A stretch of 63,067 nt of DNA, counting the filler, from Octopus bimaculoides (Eukaryota): assembly GCF_001194135.2 (NCBI RefSeq). It is 9 parts of 9 records of this genome, joined end to end, with 100 filler letters (N's around TTAATTAATTAA, not from the genome) between each part and the next. Parts side by side here need not be neighbours in the genome. Positions count along the whole stretch, not along the records: positions 1 to 9,405 come from NC_068985.1; positions 9,506 to 22,629 come from NC_068989.1; 7 more parts are not named here. One strand, written 5' to 3'. Below, piece after piece: positions 1 to 12,484 of the stretch (position 1 is its first letter; every line of letters begins with the position of its first letter). Below the pieces are notes generated by a model that made no database searches, had not been told where the DNA came from, and saw only the letters and a program-made list of their open reading frames with translations. The translations under genes and the position numbers were made by a program.

Positions 1-599
1 ATTATAGCTAAAATTGTAAATAAAGATGGAAAAGGCACAAAAAAATATTTGACAGTATGTTTAATATTTTTGTTACAGCAAGGGATTTAATATATACCCG
101 GTTTCGAGGTGTCCATCTTATCAAACATTATAAAAGAAGTTTTGGGAATTCAAAGAGAAAAGAATTGGTGGTTAACATTTTGTACCCATGTTTTAGTGCA
201 TAGTGAAATTTTACTTTAGATTCATTTCTTATATGTGTTTTGTGTATGTAGGTTTGGCGGTGATGTTCAAGAGTTCACGTTTCTGGAATTCTATTAGAAA
301 GAAGTCTTTTGAATTGAAAAGGTAGCCTCTATTCTAACTACGGCTAGATGTGTGTCAGTGTGTATTTGGAATATATTGTCAAAACATTTTTCCTTTTCTT
401 TTCGATTGAGAAAATATGATCAGAGGTTAAGTGCTTCTTTTAAGGATGGTCATTCAAAGTCTGTGTCTGTTGTCGTGGTGTGTATGTCTGTGCATTTGTG
501 AGTTAGTGTGTGTGTATGTGTGAGGTTGTCTGTGTGTGTGTACGACAGATTTTTACTTATTGCTTACTCGTGGGTGCTTAGATATATCTCATGTGAGGA

Positions 600-1560
600 A
601 AAGCTGAATACACTCACAGATTCAAAAATATGCTGCTGAACCTCAACATCAATATTCAATTCACAATGGAGTTTAACACTAATGAACTTGCCCTCCTGGA
701 TATGTTAATCACCAACAAGGATGGGAAAATAGACATGGACATAATCTATAAACTCCAAACGGGAGCTTCTATTCACATTATGCCACACAAAACACATCGA
801 ACTGAATATTCTTGAATATTGTGCAAAGTAAACTTGCACAGTAATATCCGACCCATCTATGCATGAAAGAAGACCGGAAGAACTTCAAAACATACACATA
901 CAAGTAGCATTCCCATTAGGCTTAATCACCGATGGAATGGAAAGGGAAACATATTGATGTCCAGGAAGTAAGGAAAACGAAAATCAAAACAGAAAAATAT
1001 TTCACAATATGTGTTAACTTTCAACCCCAGAAGCACCTCATCCACAAAAACCTCCCCGTTCTACTTGAAGAAAAAAATGAAAAATTCTGGAAACATACCA
1101 AATTATCAAAAGCAAAAGGCAGCTCAAAACACTCAAACAAATTCTCACTAGAACAAAAACACAAAAACAAATCCCTAACCCAACTACGACAAAATGTAGA
1201 AAACAAATTGTGGAACCTGCTCATACCTAATGGAAATACCTAAATTCAAATTTAAAGATGGACAAACCTTTAAAGTAATAGTAAACTTCACTTGCAACTC
1301 CGAAAACTTAATTTACGCGATAACATGCGGTGGATGCCAAAAAAACTACATAGGCCTGACGGCCGTTTCTTTGCATGGAGGATTGATGATACACGGCCAA
1401 AAGATCCGAGATGAGAACATAAGGAAGATTCCCTTAAGTAATCACATTGCAAACTGTGCGGGAATGGTCTTACCCAGTTTTAATTTCTTCCCTCTCTAGA
1501 AATGCTCGCACTCTTTCACCCATCAAGAGAAAATAAATAGCAATAACTAATTCATCAACA
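600..1560 (+). mobile_element. Penelope-like retroelement relic (RT C-terminus plus GIY-YIG endonuclease), frameshifted
   Basis: ORF 630-815 IQFTMEFNTNELALLDMLI matches the PLE RT FTME...LPFLD motif. ORF 1230-1499 FTCNSENLIYAITCGGCQKNYIGLT...H...PLSNH matches the Penelope/Poseidon-type GIY-YIG. Stops and frameshifts lie between them. Confidence 0.8.
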
Positions 1561-1619
1561 AATATAAAACACAACTAAATATCGAAACACACATCATTAA
1601 TCAATAAATAGGGACCTGT

Positions 1620-1641
1620 CACACACACACAAATACACACA

Positions 1642-1709
<68 letters not shown>
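1620..1709. repeat. (CA)n microsatellite running into an N gap
   Basis: Direct; representative of dozens of CA/TG/TA/CT tracts that border most sized gaps. Confidence 0.98.
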
Positions 1710-2149
1710 NNNNNNNNNNNNNNNNNNNNNNNNNNNNNNNNNNNNNNNNNNNNNNNNNNNNNNNNNNNNNNNNNNNNNNNNNNNNNNNNNNNNNNNNNNN
1801 NNNNNNNNNNNNNNNNNNNNNNNNNNNNNNNNNNNNNNNNNNNNNNNNNNNNNNNNNNNNNNNNNNNNNNNNNNNNNNNNNNNNNNNNNNNNNNNNNNNN
1901 NNNNNNNNNNNNNNNNNNNNNNNNNNNNNNNNNNNNNNNNNNNNNNNNNNNNNNNNNNNNNNNNNNNNNNNNNNNNNNNNNNNNNNNNNNNNNNNNNNNN
2001 NNNNNNNNNNNNNNNNNNNNNNNNNNNNNNNNNNNNNNNNNNNNNNNNNNNNNNNNNNNNNNNNNNNNNNNNNNNNNNNNNNNNNNNNNNNNNNNNNNNN
2101 NNNNNNNNNNNNNNNNGTGGCATTACTTACTCTGCTATAACGTTGCTAC

Positions 2150-2358
2150 AAATTTTGATGTAAACTGTTTCTACTGGATCAAATTTAAATTTTCTTATGC
2201 GAAAATGTAGCTAGCGACCAGTCCTCTTCAAAAATGATAACGGTTTTGAATTTGGCTAGGAAGTGAATTAGCGACAATCTCTCTCTGAAAGGTGCGTCCT
2301 TAAGAATATTATTCAACTACTACCGTAGTTGAATCATATATATATATATATATATATG
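2150..2358 (+). repeat. Unclassified interspersed repeat ending in a 10-bp hairpin then (TA)n, copy 1
   Basis: Aligns by eye with the reverse complement of 13715-13925; hairpin ATTCAACTAC-TACC-GTAGTTGAAT at 2311-2334. Confidence 0.7.
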
Positions 2359-2395
2359 AGTATGCATGTGTGTGTATGGATGTGCATGTGCGTGC

Positions 2396-2435
<40 letters not shown>

Positions 2436-3720
2436 AAAATAGTTATTGTATACCTGAACACCTTTACACGCAAATGGTTGTAGATAAAATATTTATGTTT
2501 ATATGAATATGGATATGTGTGAGTCTGTATATGTTTGTACGGGTGGAAGTATATGCCTGTGTTTCTGTGATTAATTTAAAGAACGTACAGTAATTTCGTT
2601 TCTTATTATGTGCCAACGTCTGATTCAGAGTAAAGAAACTCTTCAGAGATTTTCGCGTCTCGATTTATTCATCTTCTATAAATTACATATGTATAACAAA
2701 CGATTTATTAACTAGAAGAAAATTGCTTTTATTTTATTGATAGCGTATTGGTATATCATGGCTTTGAGTCATACAAAGGTAGACACCTATGATAACTAAA
2801 TTTAATCCTGATTGATGTTCAGCCATAGAACGAATAAGAAAAATTACTGATTTCTAAATTAAATTTTCTGTATTGCAAATTTGGATTTTAGAAATCATGC
2901 GCAATTAACCTACAGGTTACGGAGCTGTTTATAGAAATATATATATAGAATGCAGATGAAAATATTACAGTATTCCATAAACAATGCTAGGTTTCACTAT
3001 TATCAGTAAAATGCAGAATACAAATAATTTGTTTGGCGTCTTCTTATCCTTACAATCAACGTGTGCAGCTACAAATGTAAATTATTAAATATTTTCAACC
3101 TTTCCTCATAAATTTAATGTCAGCAGCTGTTTGATATTTCCTGCTTATTACATAGTACATCTTACTATAATTTAGAATACGTAGCGTAGCTCCAAGAAAA
3201 ATACATGGTTTAAATGAAGGGAATTATTCATTACCTTCTCGAGAGAAAATAAAATGCGCAGAAATTATGTACACGTGTGAGTGAGACGCACCTATTTCTC
3301 GTCAAGTAAATTTTGAATTTTCTAAGCCATTGTATTTTGAACTAAGCTCAGTCTAGAAATGAATTCATGAAAAAAAAAAAATAACGAATCACCTTTTCTC
3401 TGTATGATTATTTAAATGATTATCTCCGTAAAAATATTGAATATAGGTGCTATCATTTATAATTTAACTGCTAAGATTTCGTTAAATCACTTCATAAAGA
3501 AAAACAAATATTATAAATGACTGCATGTAATGAACCAAACCGCTTATATATTTAGGCATTATTTAAATATGGAAATATAAAGCAGAGTTCGTGCAGTATA
3601 CATTACTTCACGATTATTCCAGAACGTATAATTGAAGCTTATAGGTTCCCGACTATTTTGAAAAACGTGGTATTAGAGAAAGAGCACATAATATCAAGCA
3701 CTATTAGATATCAGTAAAAC

Positions 3721-3904
3721 GCGGTGAGCTGGCAAAATCACTAGCATGCCGGACAAAGTACTTAGCAGCAACTCGTGTATCGACATTCGCTTTCATTCTT
3801 TCGGAGTCGACGTAATAGGTAGCATTTGAACCCTGGGGCCAATGTAATAAACTATCAACCTCCCGCCAAATGGCAGGTTTTCTGCCTATAATAGAAATGA
3901 TTAT
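3721..3904 (+). mobile_element. tRNA-derived SINE family A, degenerate
   Basis: Head gcggtgagctggcaaaatcactagc and body homologous to 51217-51460. Confidence 0.7.
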
Positions 3905-6593
3905 ATATCAGTTAGGCCAATGTGAAGAATTTTGGAATAATTATTAGACAGAATTTAGAGAAACCTAGCTATAATTTATTGACTCTCCTTTAATTTGTTA
4001 AACGTATGTATTGGACATTGCTGTAATGAGAATTGAAACTCACAAGTTAAAATAGAAAATTAATCGATCTAATGCGTTTTATCTGGCACATAAACATCTC
4101 AAAGCATCTCTGCCCTTCAAATTATTAAATACCCTTAAGACGCACATATATTTGTAAATAAAGTGAAATACGAGACAGCGGGTGGATTCAGTTGAATACA
4201 TACTTGTTCTAAAATGGGTAGACTTTTGCTAACAAAAGCAAAAATACTTATGTCGTAATAGTATTACAATTTATTCTATACACATTGATCTTCTTGGGCT
4301 CTGATCTGGACGAAAGAATTATACCACGACTTTTGCAGGTATTCCTGGACTGATAGGTTTGACGTGATCGCTCTGGCATCATGAATATTTGAAAGCTTAT
4401 GGCTGATAGCAAAGAAAAGAAGCCGACGGTGAAGAAACTGTAGAACATGGAATTTTCTGGAGTGGAAAGGCTATCAAGAATAATCAAACGGAAGTTTGGT
4501 GAGATATACTATTGCTAAGGTGGGGATGTGATCCGAGTGAGTCGCGAGAATAAGAATAAAGGTACGGAAATCAGTTCCGTGGAGAAGGTGCTACTTTAAT
4601 AAGGGTAAAAAAATAAACAGATGAAGGATGGATTATGCTGGCGAACTAAGTCTAGAAACTCTCGATTAACGATTACATTTGATAGCTAGTTTCCAGAAGT
4701 CGGTACAAGATTCCTGTTTGAGTGGCAGCGGTAGTGTTCCGAATGAGCTTTGTATAGGAGCTGTTGCTATCGAAAGAAAACAAATCCCAGTCTTCATTAG
4801 GCTTATCAAATGACAGTGTTTCTCGAAGAAATCTTGCTCATTTCAAGTGACACGTGTACTTTCTACATGTCCATAGGTATAATTGCGTAAAGGGGCATGT
4901 TTATTGACTGCTTTATTCATTTATGACAAGTGAATGTGCATGCAAAGCGAGTAAGATGTAGATATCATATTTGCTCAGGGTACCACCCTACTTCACATCT
5001 GGTGAAAAGTTCGCAAACTTCTTGGAGACATTTTCAGCAAATGACAGAATACGTCAGTTGCATTTTGAGTAGCGGAGATGCTTGAAGGAATTGCGATATA
5101 TGCATGTAGTTTTGTGTTTCAGTTTCAAGTCAGTATTATATACCAGTTACATCATTATCGCATTAAATATTACCCGGTACTAATAATTCGAAATTATGCA
5201 TACAGAATTGAAGGTAGATGCAGACATTAAATGATTGTAAAATGCTGTTTGATTTATAAATTTTCTATAAAATACTATTGATTATGACTATATAATTTGC
5301 TATGCTGTTTTGTAAAGTGTAGATACAAAACTGACTGCGTTAATTTATTGGCAAGTCAAAAATATGACCTAATTCTTCCTATTGCCTATAAAAACAACAT
5401 TATCACGAGGTTTTACTCATCCCTATGCAAAATAAAGTATTTTTGTATCGTAAAATGAAGCTAACGTTTTAAATAAATTAAGCGACTTATTATGAGTGCT
5501 TAAGACCATGTGATGAGGAGGATATATGCTCACTGTCAATTTACATTTCAACAACTTTAGTTAATCTACATGATTCAACTAGATCGGATAATATTACAAC
5601 AGTCCAATTATATTACAGCCAAAAGCAAAGATGTTCTATAAAAATTTCGGACACGAAACCAATTATTTACGACTTGCAAAAATGACAATACCCTATTTGA
5701 ATGCAAATATTTCAGAATTCAGACTTGTAGGAGAACAAACACCGAATCAAAGACAAAATGTTTATTATGTTTCTTTCTAAAATTGCTAATTTACATTGTA
5801 AATTAAATTTAAATAATCACAAACGTAAAAGTAAAATTACAGGATTAAATCGAGGGCAAAATTGCTTACTTAATATACACTCGGAAAGCATATATAAAAC
5901 CGATTTGTTATTTGTCGGTTTTGTTGACACTGTAGTATGTGTTAAGCAGTAAACGTGACAAATGCAAAATAACGCTTCATTTACAGAAAATAAACATTAC
6001 AATTGAAGCTGGAGTGTAAGGCACGTTTTCTTGTTATAGACGAAACGGATATTAATTTTTGCTCAGGTTTAATCAACTGTTGATTATAGAAGATGCAAAT
6101 AGTGAGAGACCTTCAGAATATTGCACAGTTGATTGGAACACACTTGGATAAAATATATTGAAGTTAGAAAGAATAGATTAGTGAGACATGAATAGAGAGT
6201 AAATACTTGTAGGCATAAGGAAACCGACAGTTCATATTCATTTAGGTGTGTATAATGAGTGTGTGAGTGTGTATGTATGCAGAGTGAGAGCGAGAAAGTA
6301 AACGATTATATTATTATGTGAAAATCATTGTATTATCGATATATATATATATANNNNNNNNNNNNNNNNNNNNNNNNNNNNNNNNNNNNNNNNNNNNNNN
6401 NNNNNNNNNNNNNNNNNNNNNNNNNNNNNNNNNNNNNNNNNNNNNNNNNNNNNNNNNNNNNNNNNNNNNNNNNNNNNNNNNNNNNNNNNNNNNNNNNNNN
6501 NNNNNNNNNNNNNNNNNNNNNNNNNNNNNNNNNNNNNNNNNNNNNNNNNNNNNNNNNNNNNNNNNNNNNNNNNNNNNNNNNNNNNNNNNNNNN

Positions 6594-6666
<73 letters not shown>

Positions 6667-7098
6667 CATATACATATATTTGTATACATACATATATACA
6701 TGTGTGTGAGTGTGTAGACTGTGGTCATATATATCTGTTTCTATGTCCGTATCGTTAACTGTATCTGTGTGTGTTTAGTGGATTTTAATTTCAAATGTGC
6801 AAATACACGTCTTTGTGGTTGCGAATATAGACACGGAAGAAGTAAGTAAACATGATCGAGCGCTTCTGAGACAAACATAACACAGTGTTAAGAGTTATGA
6901 TTGGATGTATAAGGAATTTCGGAAATGTATTTATTAATATTCTCTTACGTTAAAGGTGCATTCTTTCACAGAGAAAGATATGTATATGTGTGTGAATATA
7001 CAAATGTAACATGCGTACATACATAAAAGGAAATATATGCCTGTAAGGATATATCTATATATGATTGTGTGCATGTGTATATACGTATTTATTTTTTA

Positions 7099-7310
7099 TT
7101 TCATTCTTTTACTTGCTTCACTTATTTGACTGCAGTCATGCTGGAGCACCGCTATCAAGTATTTCAGTCGAACAAATCGATCTCAGGATAGATTACTTTT
7201 AAGCCTAATACTTATTTTATCGGTCTCTTTTGTTAGACCGGTATGTTACTCACCAACACCGGTTGTCTAACGATGGTTGCGGGAAAAACACAGACACAAA
7301 GGCACACACA
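7099..7310 (-). mobile_element. SINE family B, 3' tail half
   Basis: catgctggagcacc...gtcgaacaaatcga segment shared with 29841-30030. Confidence 0.8.
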
Positions 7311-7363
7311 CACACACACACACACACAAAGGCACACCCACACACACACACACACACCACACA

Positions 7364-7401
<38 letters not shown>

Positions 7402-7899
7402 AACACACATATATATACATATATATATATGAGTGGGAGGGGAATATACTGCCAAATCTGATTTCGTATTAGTGCAACTTTGAGAGTTGCTGCCCAGTAT
7501 GTACGATGGCGAGACAAGTTCAACCAACGTACCGACCCTTCCAAAGCATGTCTCGTAAAAACGGGGATATATTTGATTCGGTAGAGTTTGGAAGATAGCT
7601 AGAGTGAAGGGATAATACGACCCTGCCAACTAGTCACCATATTTCCGTAATTGAAGTACTAAGACAATGTAAAGAGACTGTACTCAATCGTATGCGAGTC
7701 ATTGGGCATCCCTACATGGTCGAAACAGATGGTCAGATGCTAGTTGTTGTCTCAGATATTCTTAGGCCACCAAGTAGTCGGGGAATAGGCTTTTACTTCT
7801 GACGTGTACTTGCAGGTCATATAGCATTTAATTGAAAAAAAAAGAACAAATGAAGCGCGATACGACTTTGTAAAATACTTCGAATGGAAGACTACAATG

Positions 7900-8150
7900 C
7901 GAGAGGAATGGAGGAATGTTTGCAGGAACAAGCGTAAAGAGGGTTTCACCGTAAATATAATGTGAGCGTCGAAGGCTCTAACAATTTAATTTCATCGTTC
8001 TTTAGAAAATATAACGCTAAAGATCACTCACACTTACATTATTGCATGTAAAAGCAAAGACAGTGAAATGAAAGAATTCTATCAACGCCTCCAGAAACTG
8101 CTATCCCAGAAATCCTCTATGATTTTATCCTAAGGATATAAAAGAAAACT
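7900..8150 (+). pseudogene. Possible very degenerate RTE-type APE endonuclease fragment
   Basis: NITLKITHTYII...DSEMKEFYQRLQKLL resembles the APE motif TIIQVYAP...EEFY..LQ; multiple stops. Confidence 0.3.
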
Positions 8151-8199
8151 GGAGAACAAGGGAATTCTACTGGAAACTTTGTATTGGAAGTGACACCTG

Positions 8200-8710
8200 T
8201 GAGAGTAGGAGAGTTAGTCTTAATGGTAGAGGCTCGGTAACATCCTATTCCGATAAACAGATGGGTTTGGGAAAGCCGAAAACCTGAGCACCAAAATAAA
8301 ATGCCCTATATCTGCTTGTTAAAAGTTCCAATGACACACTACTATCATATGGAGCGGTACCGTCATTCAATACCGTTATTTGCCATTGGTTGCTTTGAGA
8401 GAAGGTCGCAATTGAAGCTTTTACGGCGGAAATGCCCTGTACTGTAGATCACGTTGACGAAGTAAAAGGAAGATGACATTGAATATTCTGTTCATTGCAA
8501 GATTATATGTCAGCATCTACAAAGGGCTCCAAGTTATATTGAACAAGAACGGATGCACAAATAGTAGGCCGTAGTATTGGAAAAGTTGGGATTGTGCACA
8601 ATGTTAAAGGATGGTGGAGCTCGGGGAATAATTTGAGGATGCAATCTTTGACGGTGATCAATGAGTGGTCATTGGGAACATTGAATTCAGTAAGTGGAAT
8701 GTCCACAATG
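8200..8710 (-). pseudogene. Helitron PIF1-like helicase relic
   Basis: Colinear degenerate motifs: IP...LI...LFPEL...ILRP (ORF 8503-8706), FPP*KLQLR (cf. LPPHKLKLK), LNDGT (cf. LCNGT), STIKT...TL (cf. MTINKSQGQTL). Confidence 0.5.
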
Positions 8711-8836
8711 AGAGTCGAATACTAATCCTCACTTTTTATAAGGAAGAAAGATCTTGGGAGCAAAGTGTAAACGATGGCAGGTGGGAGTATATATAGATAC
8801 ATCCAAATACACGCGCTCATACGCATATAAATGTGG

Positions 8837-8990
<154 letters not shown>

Positions 8991-9359
8991 TAGCGTACTG
9001 TTCCATGATGCTAAGATCAGTAAAAAAAGTACTCTATCAGTTGAGAGATGAATATCATTTAATAAATACAAAATATGTTATGATGGACTGCTATTAGTTC
9101 CATGTGCTGAGAATGCGGTCTGGCATGCTCTCAGCGCATGAAAGTAATAATAGCACATCAAAATATTCTGTTTATTATATACACTGAACACTACACACAT
9201 TTTTCTCTCCTTGTTTCTCTACTTGTTTCTTTCCGTGTTCCTTTCTGTAGAAGAGCGTAGGCCCAAGACATTAAAGACTTTCTCAATTCCCGAGCGTTAT
9301 ACTGATACATCTATTTGTTTTCAACAGCACCTGTCGTCATGTGTTGTTTTTTTGTGAAG

Positions 9360-9405
<46 letters not shown>

Positions 9406-9505
9406 NNNNNNNNNNNNNNNNNNNNNNNNNNNNNNNNNNNNNNNNNNNNTTAATTAATTAANNNNNNNNNNNNNNNNNNNNNNNNNNNNNNNNNNNNNNN
9501 NNNNN
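9406..9505. other. Artificial scaffold spacer N44-TTAATTAATTAA-N44
   Basis: Exactly 100 bp with a six-frame-stop 12-mer at 9450-9461; identical in 8 places. Confidence 0.97.
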
Positions 9506-9747
9506 GCAAGACACTTTAATTCATGTTACTCAGGTTCACTCAGCTGGTGAAAATGAATGGTACCAGTTATTTCAAAGGGCCAGCCTTGTCACATTCTGTG
9601 TCACAGTGAATCTCTTTCAGAACTAAATTATGGGTATGCATTTCTGTTGAGTGCTCAGCCACTTGTGTATGTTAATTTCACGAGCAAGCTGTTCTGTTGA
9701 TTGGATCAACTGGAACCCTCATTGATGTAACTGATGGAATGCTAGTC
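9506..9747 (+). mobile_element. SINE family C, old CpG-decayed copy
   Basis: ttcaaagggccagccttgtcac...ggatcaactggaaccctc shared with 19602-19808 and the reverse complement of 11021-11321. Confidence 0.8.
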
Positions 9748-10181
9748 AAGAGGAATTATTACCTTGTTTGGAAAATAGGTTAAGGTTGGTGATAGGAGAG
9801 CTTCTGGATGTATAAAATCTGCTCTAACAAGCATGGAAAAGTTAAAACATGGATGTTAAAATAACAAATGATACTCCAGCTTGATTTCTCCTTGAAGCCA
9901 ATGGAGGAGTCTCTATGCAAATGCTTGATCTGCAGGGTATAGTAGCAGCATCTCCTTAAAGACACACTTTAGTGTCTTCAAAAATTTAATGCAAGAAGGC
10001 AGTGAAGTAATCATTATGCCTGAATAAAAAAAAAAATCAAATATTAAGGGTTATAGCTGAAAGTCATATGATCATAGGACTGCTCATTCAAGACTGACCT
10101 GGGGCTAAACAACCATTACAGTTAAGACCTAGTCTATTGCACTTTCCCAGCTGATATTCTCTTTTCTCCATTCTTCCACAG

Positions 10182-10260
10182 ATACAATGCTCAACATAAA
10201 TATGAAGATGCCCTGGAACTACTTTATAAAGGGTCAGTTACACTGCTCCAACACCGTCAG
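10182..10260 (+). CDS. GET4: GET4/TRC35 internal exon (second coding exon), 79 nt
   Basis: Acceptor cttttctccattcttccacag, donor CAG|gtttgt. Translates (R)YNAQHKYEDALELLYKGSVTLLQHRQ, versus human GET4 [27 protein letters not shown] recalled from memory (11/27 identical). Confidence 0.88.
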
Positions 10261-10285
10261 GTTTGTGCTACTCTTTCATATGATT

Positions 10286-10518
10286 TTAACCCTTAACCCT
10301 CTAATCTGACCATATCCAGCCCAATTACTCTACCTGTTTTATGTTCAAGCTGACCAGATCCAACCTCTCACACCTACCCTACAGTGTTATTCTAAAAATA
10401 TATAGACAAGACACACCTTTGAAATCTTGAAGCTACAAGGTAATGTGTGATTAATTCAAAATAAGGTGAATAAATGAGCAATACATTTGACAAAGAAATC
10501 TGAATGCTAAAGAGTTAA
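10286..10518 (-). mobile_element. piggyBac-like MITE (TTAA-CCC...TTAA ends), degenerate
   Basis: Reverse-complement homologue of 15852-16080; TTAA at both ends. Confidence 0.7.
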
Positions 10519-11020
10519 TCTTTTCATTACTATCTCCTTCAACCATTTATTTGACTAACCCATTACCTCCCATAATTCTATTAACTGGAATTTTTTAATG
10601 AAACTTTGATTTCTAGCATAAAACAGCCTTAGAAACACGCTGGAATGATCAAAATAACATTTCAAAATAACATTTTAAATAGAAATAAGCGAGATATTGG
10701 GTGAAAAATTAGCAAACCTTACTTGAATATCAAAGAAATATACCTAGTAGATATAGCAAAAAGGTTATATATGTGTAAATATTGACAGATAATTACAAAA
10801 TTTGTAATTTTTAAGTGATCTCATATGAGATCACTGGTAGGTAATGGGTTAAATTACAAAGTAATTTTTGAATTTAGTATGAACTTCCCCTTCCCAATCC
10901 TCTGTATTCTCTCTTGTACTCACTTTTGTATCTTGAGAATATTCTCTGACAGCTTGTTACCACCATCTTTGTCTTCTTTCCAGTTACTCTTACCCATCCT
11001 TATATAATGTACCTATAACT

Positions 11021-11321
11021 GGCACTCTGTCAGTTTTGACGACAAAAGCTCCAGTTGATCTGATCAGCAGAACAACCTGCTCATGAAATCAAGATGCAAG
11101 TGGCTGCACGTTCCTCAGACATGTGTACCATTAACATAATTCTCAGGGAGATTCAGTGTGACACTAGTGTGACAAGGCTGGCCCTTTAAGATACAGGTTC
11201 TACTCATTTTTGCCTGCTGAGTGGACCGGAGCAGTGTGAAATAAAATGTCTAACTCAAGGACACAATACATTGCTGGTAATCAAACTCACAACCTTACAA
11301 ATGTGTGCCAAATACCCTAAC
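11021..11321 (-). mobile_element. SINE family C, near full length with tRNA-like head
   Basis: Reverse complement matches 9506-9747 and 19602-19808, plus a head gttagggtatttggcac...gtgagtttgattacc. Confidence 0.75.
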
Positions 11322-12484
11322 CTAAAAAGGGGTTGGCTTTATGAAGAGTACCCTTACCGGTAAATAAGGCAAAAATCAGTGAAATACAAAATAATTAAAA
11401 TATCACTGTCTAAAAATTTAGTTATTAGCCAATTATTCATTTGGGATAAATAAAAGAATTGTAGTGTATGACTTAAATGAATTGTTCACATGAAATGTAA
11501 TATATATATANNNNNNNNNNNNNNNNNNNNNNNNNNNNNNNNNNNNNNNNNNNNNNNNNNNNNNNNNNNNNNNNNNNNNNNNNNNNNNNNNNNNNNNNNN
11601 NATGTAAGCAAAAGCAGGGTATTGTAATTGTCTTTGTCTGTGTGTTTGCAAAATTACTGGAAAACAGCTGAACAGATTTTCACCAAATTTGGCAGAAATA
11701 CTCATTGGGTGAGTGGCTTGAAATGATGAAAATTTGGTTTGATTATCTTCAAACATACATAAATGCATACATAGATATGTGACTCTGTGTGTGTGTGTGT
11801 GTGTGTGTACAATAATGAATTCAAGGATTTTGTTTATTTATGAGTTAATTTCTTAATTTCACCATATATACCTATAATGGTGATACTTAAAAAAAAAAGA
11901 AGAGAGATTGAATTTACAAATTACTCGATAAGCAAGTGGTCATATTATTATTATATCGTATAACATACTACAATACGTTTGATTCACCTGCCATCATTGA
12001 AAGATGTTACTATGCAATATTTTCTATAAGTATTTCATTTCGTTCAATTTCTTTTTAATATGAATCAACCCTTGTCTGTGTGTATAGATAATGGTGTGTA
12101 CCTGTGCACATAGACACGTGTGGGTACATACATAGATATGTGGCTGTGTGTGTGTGTGTGTGTGGTGCGCCTGTGAACTGTGATGGATTTGAGGATTTCA
12201 TTTATTTATGAGTTGATTTCTTAATTTCACTATTCTTAGGATTCTAATCCTCTTTTAGTCAAACACTTACAAAGCATATTTCAATTCAGTTAAAAAGCAT
12301 GGGTAAGCAACACATTGTAAGCCACACTGTAATTTACGAAAAAAAATTTATCTGTGCAAAGGTTATGCATCACCTCTCTGATGCCTTTTATTCTATTTGA
12401 CATCTGTTTTCCATACTGGCATGGATTGAACAGTTTGAAGATCTCTCTATATATAACGTATGTACATGTGTGTGCGTTTATGTA

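Noticed and set aside
2625-2665. Minus-strand CTGAAGA with a GAGT/ACTC hairpin as a hammerhead
   Set aside because: No GAAA after the stem, and no helix I or III
9008-9097. RSVKKVLYQLRDEY as GET4 exon 1
   Set aside because: Lacks the conserved YEAHQMYRTL motif and a suitable donor
9225-9300. gaagagcgtaggcccaagac resembling a minimal PLE hammerhead/pLTR end
   Set aside because: Both CUGA and GAAA core segments are broken in this copy; not supportable
9450-9461. TTAATTAATTAA as a homeodomain site or piggyBac target
   Set aside because: Always centred in identical 100-bp N blocks; it is an assembly linker
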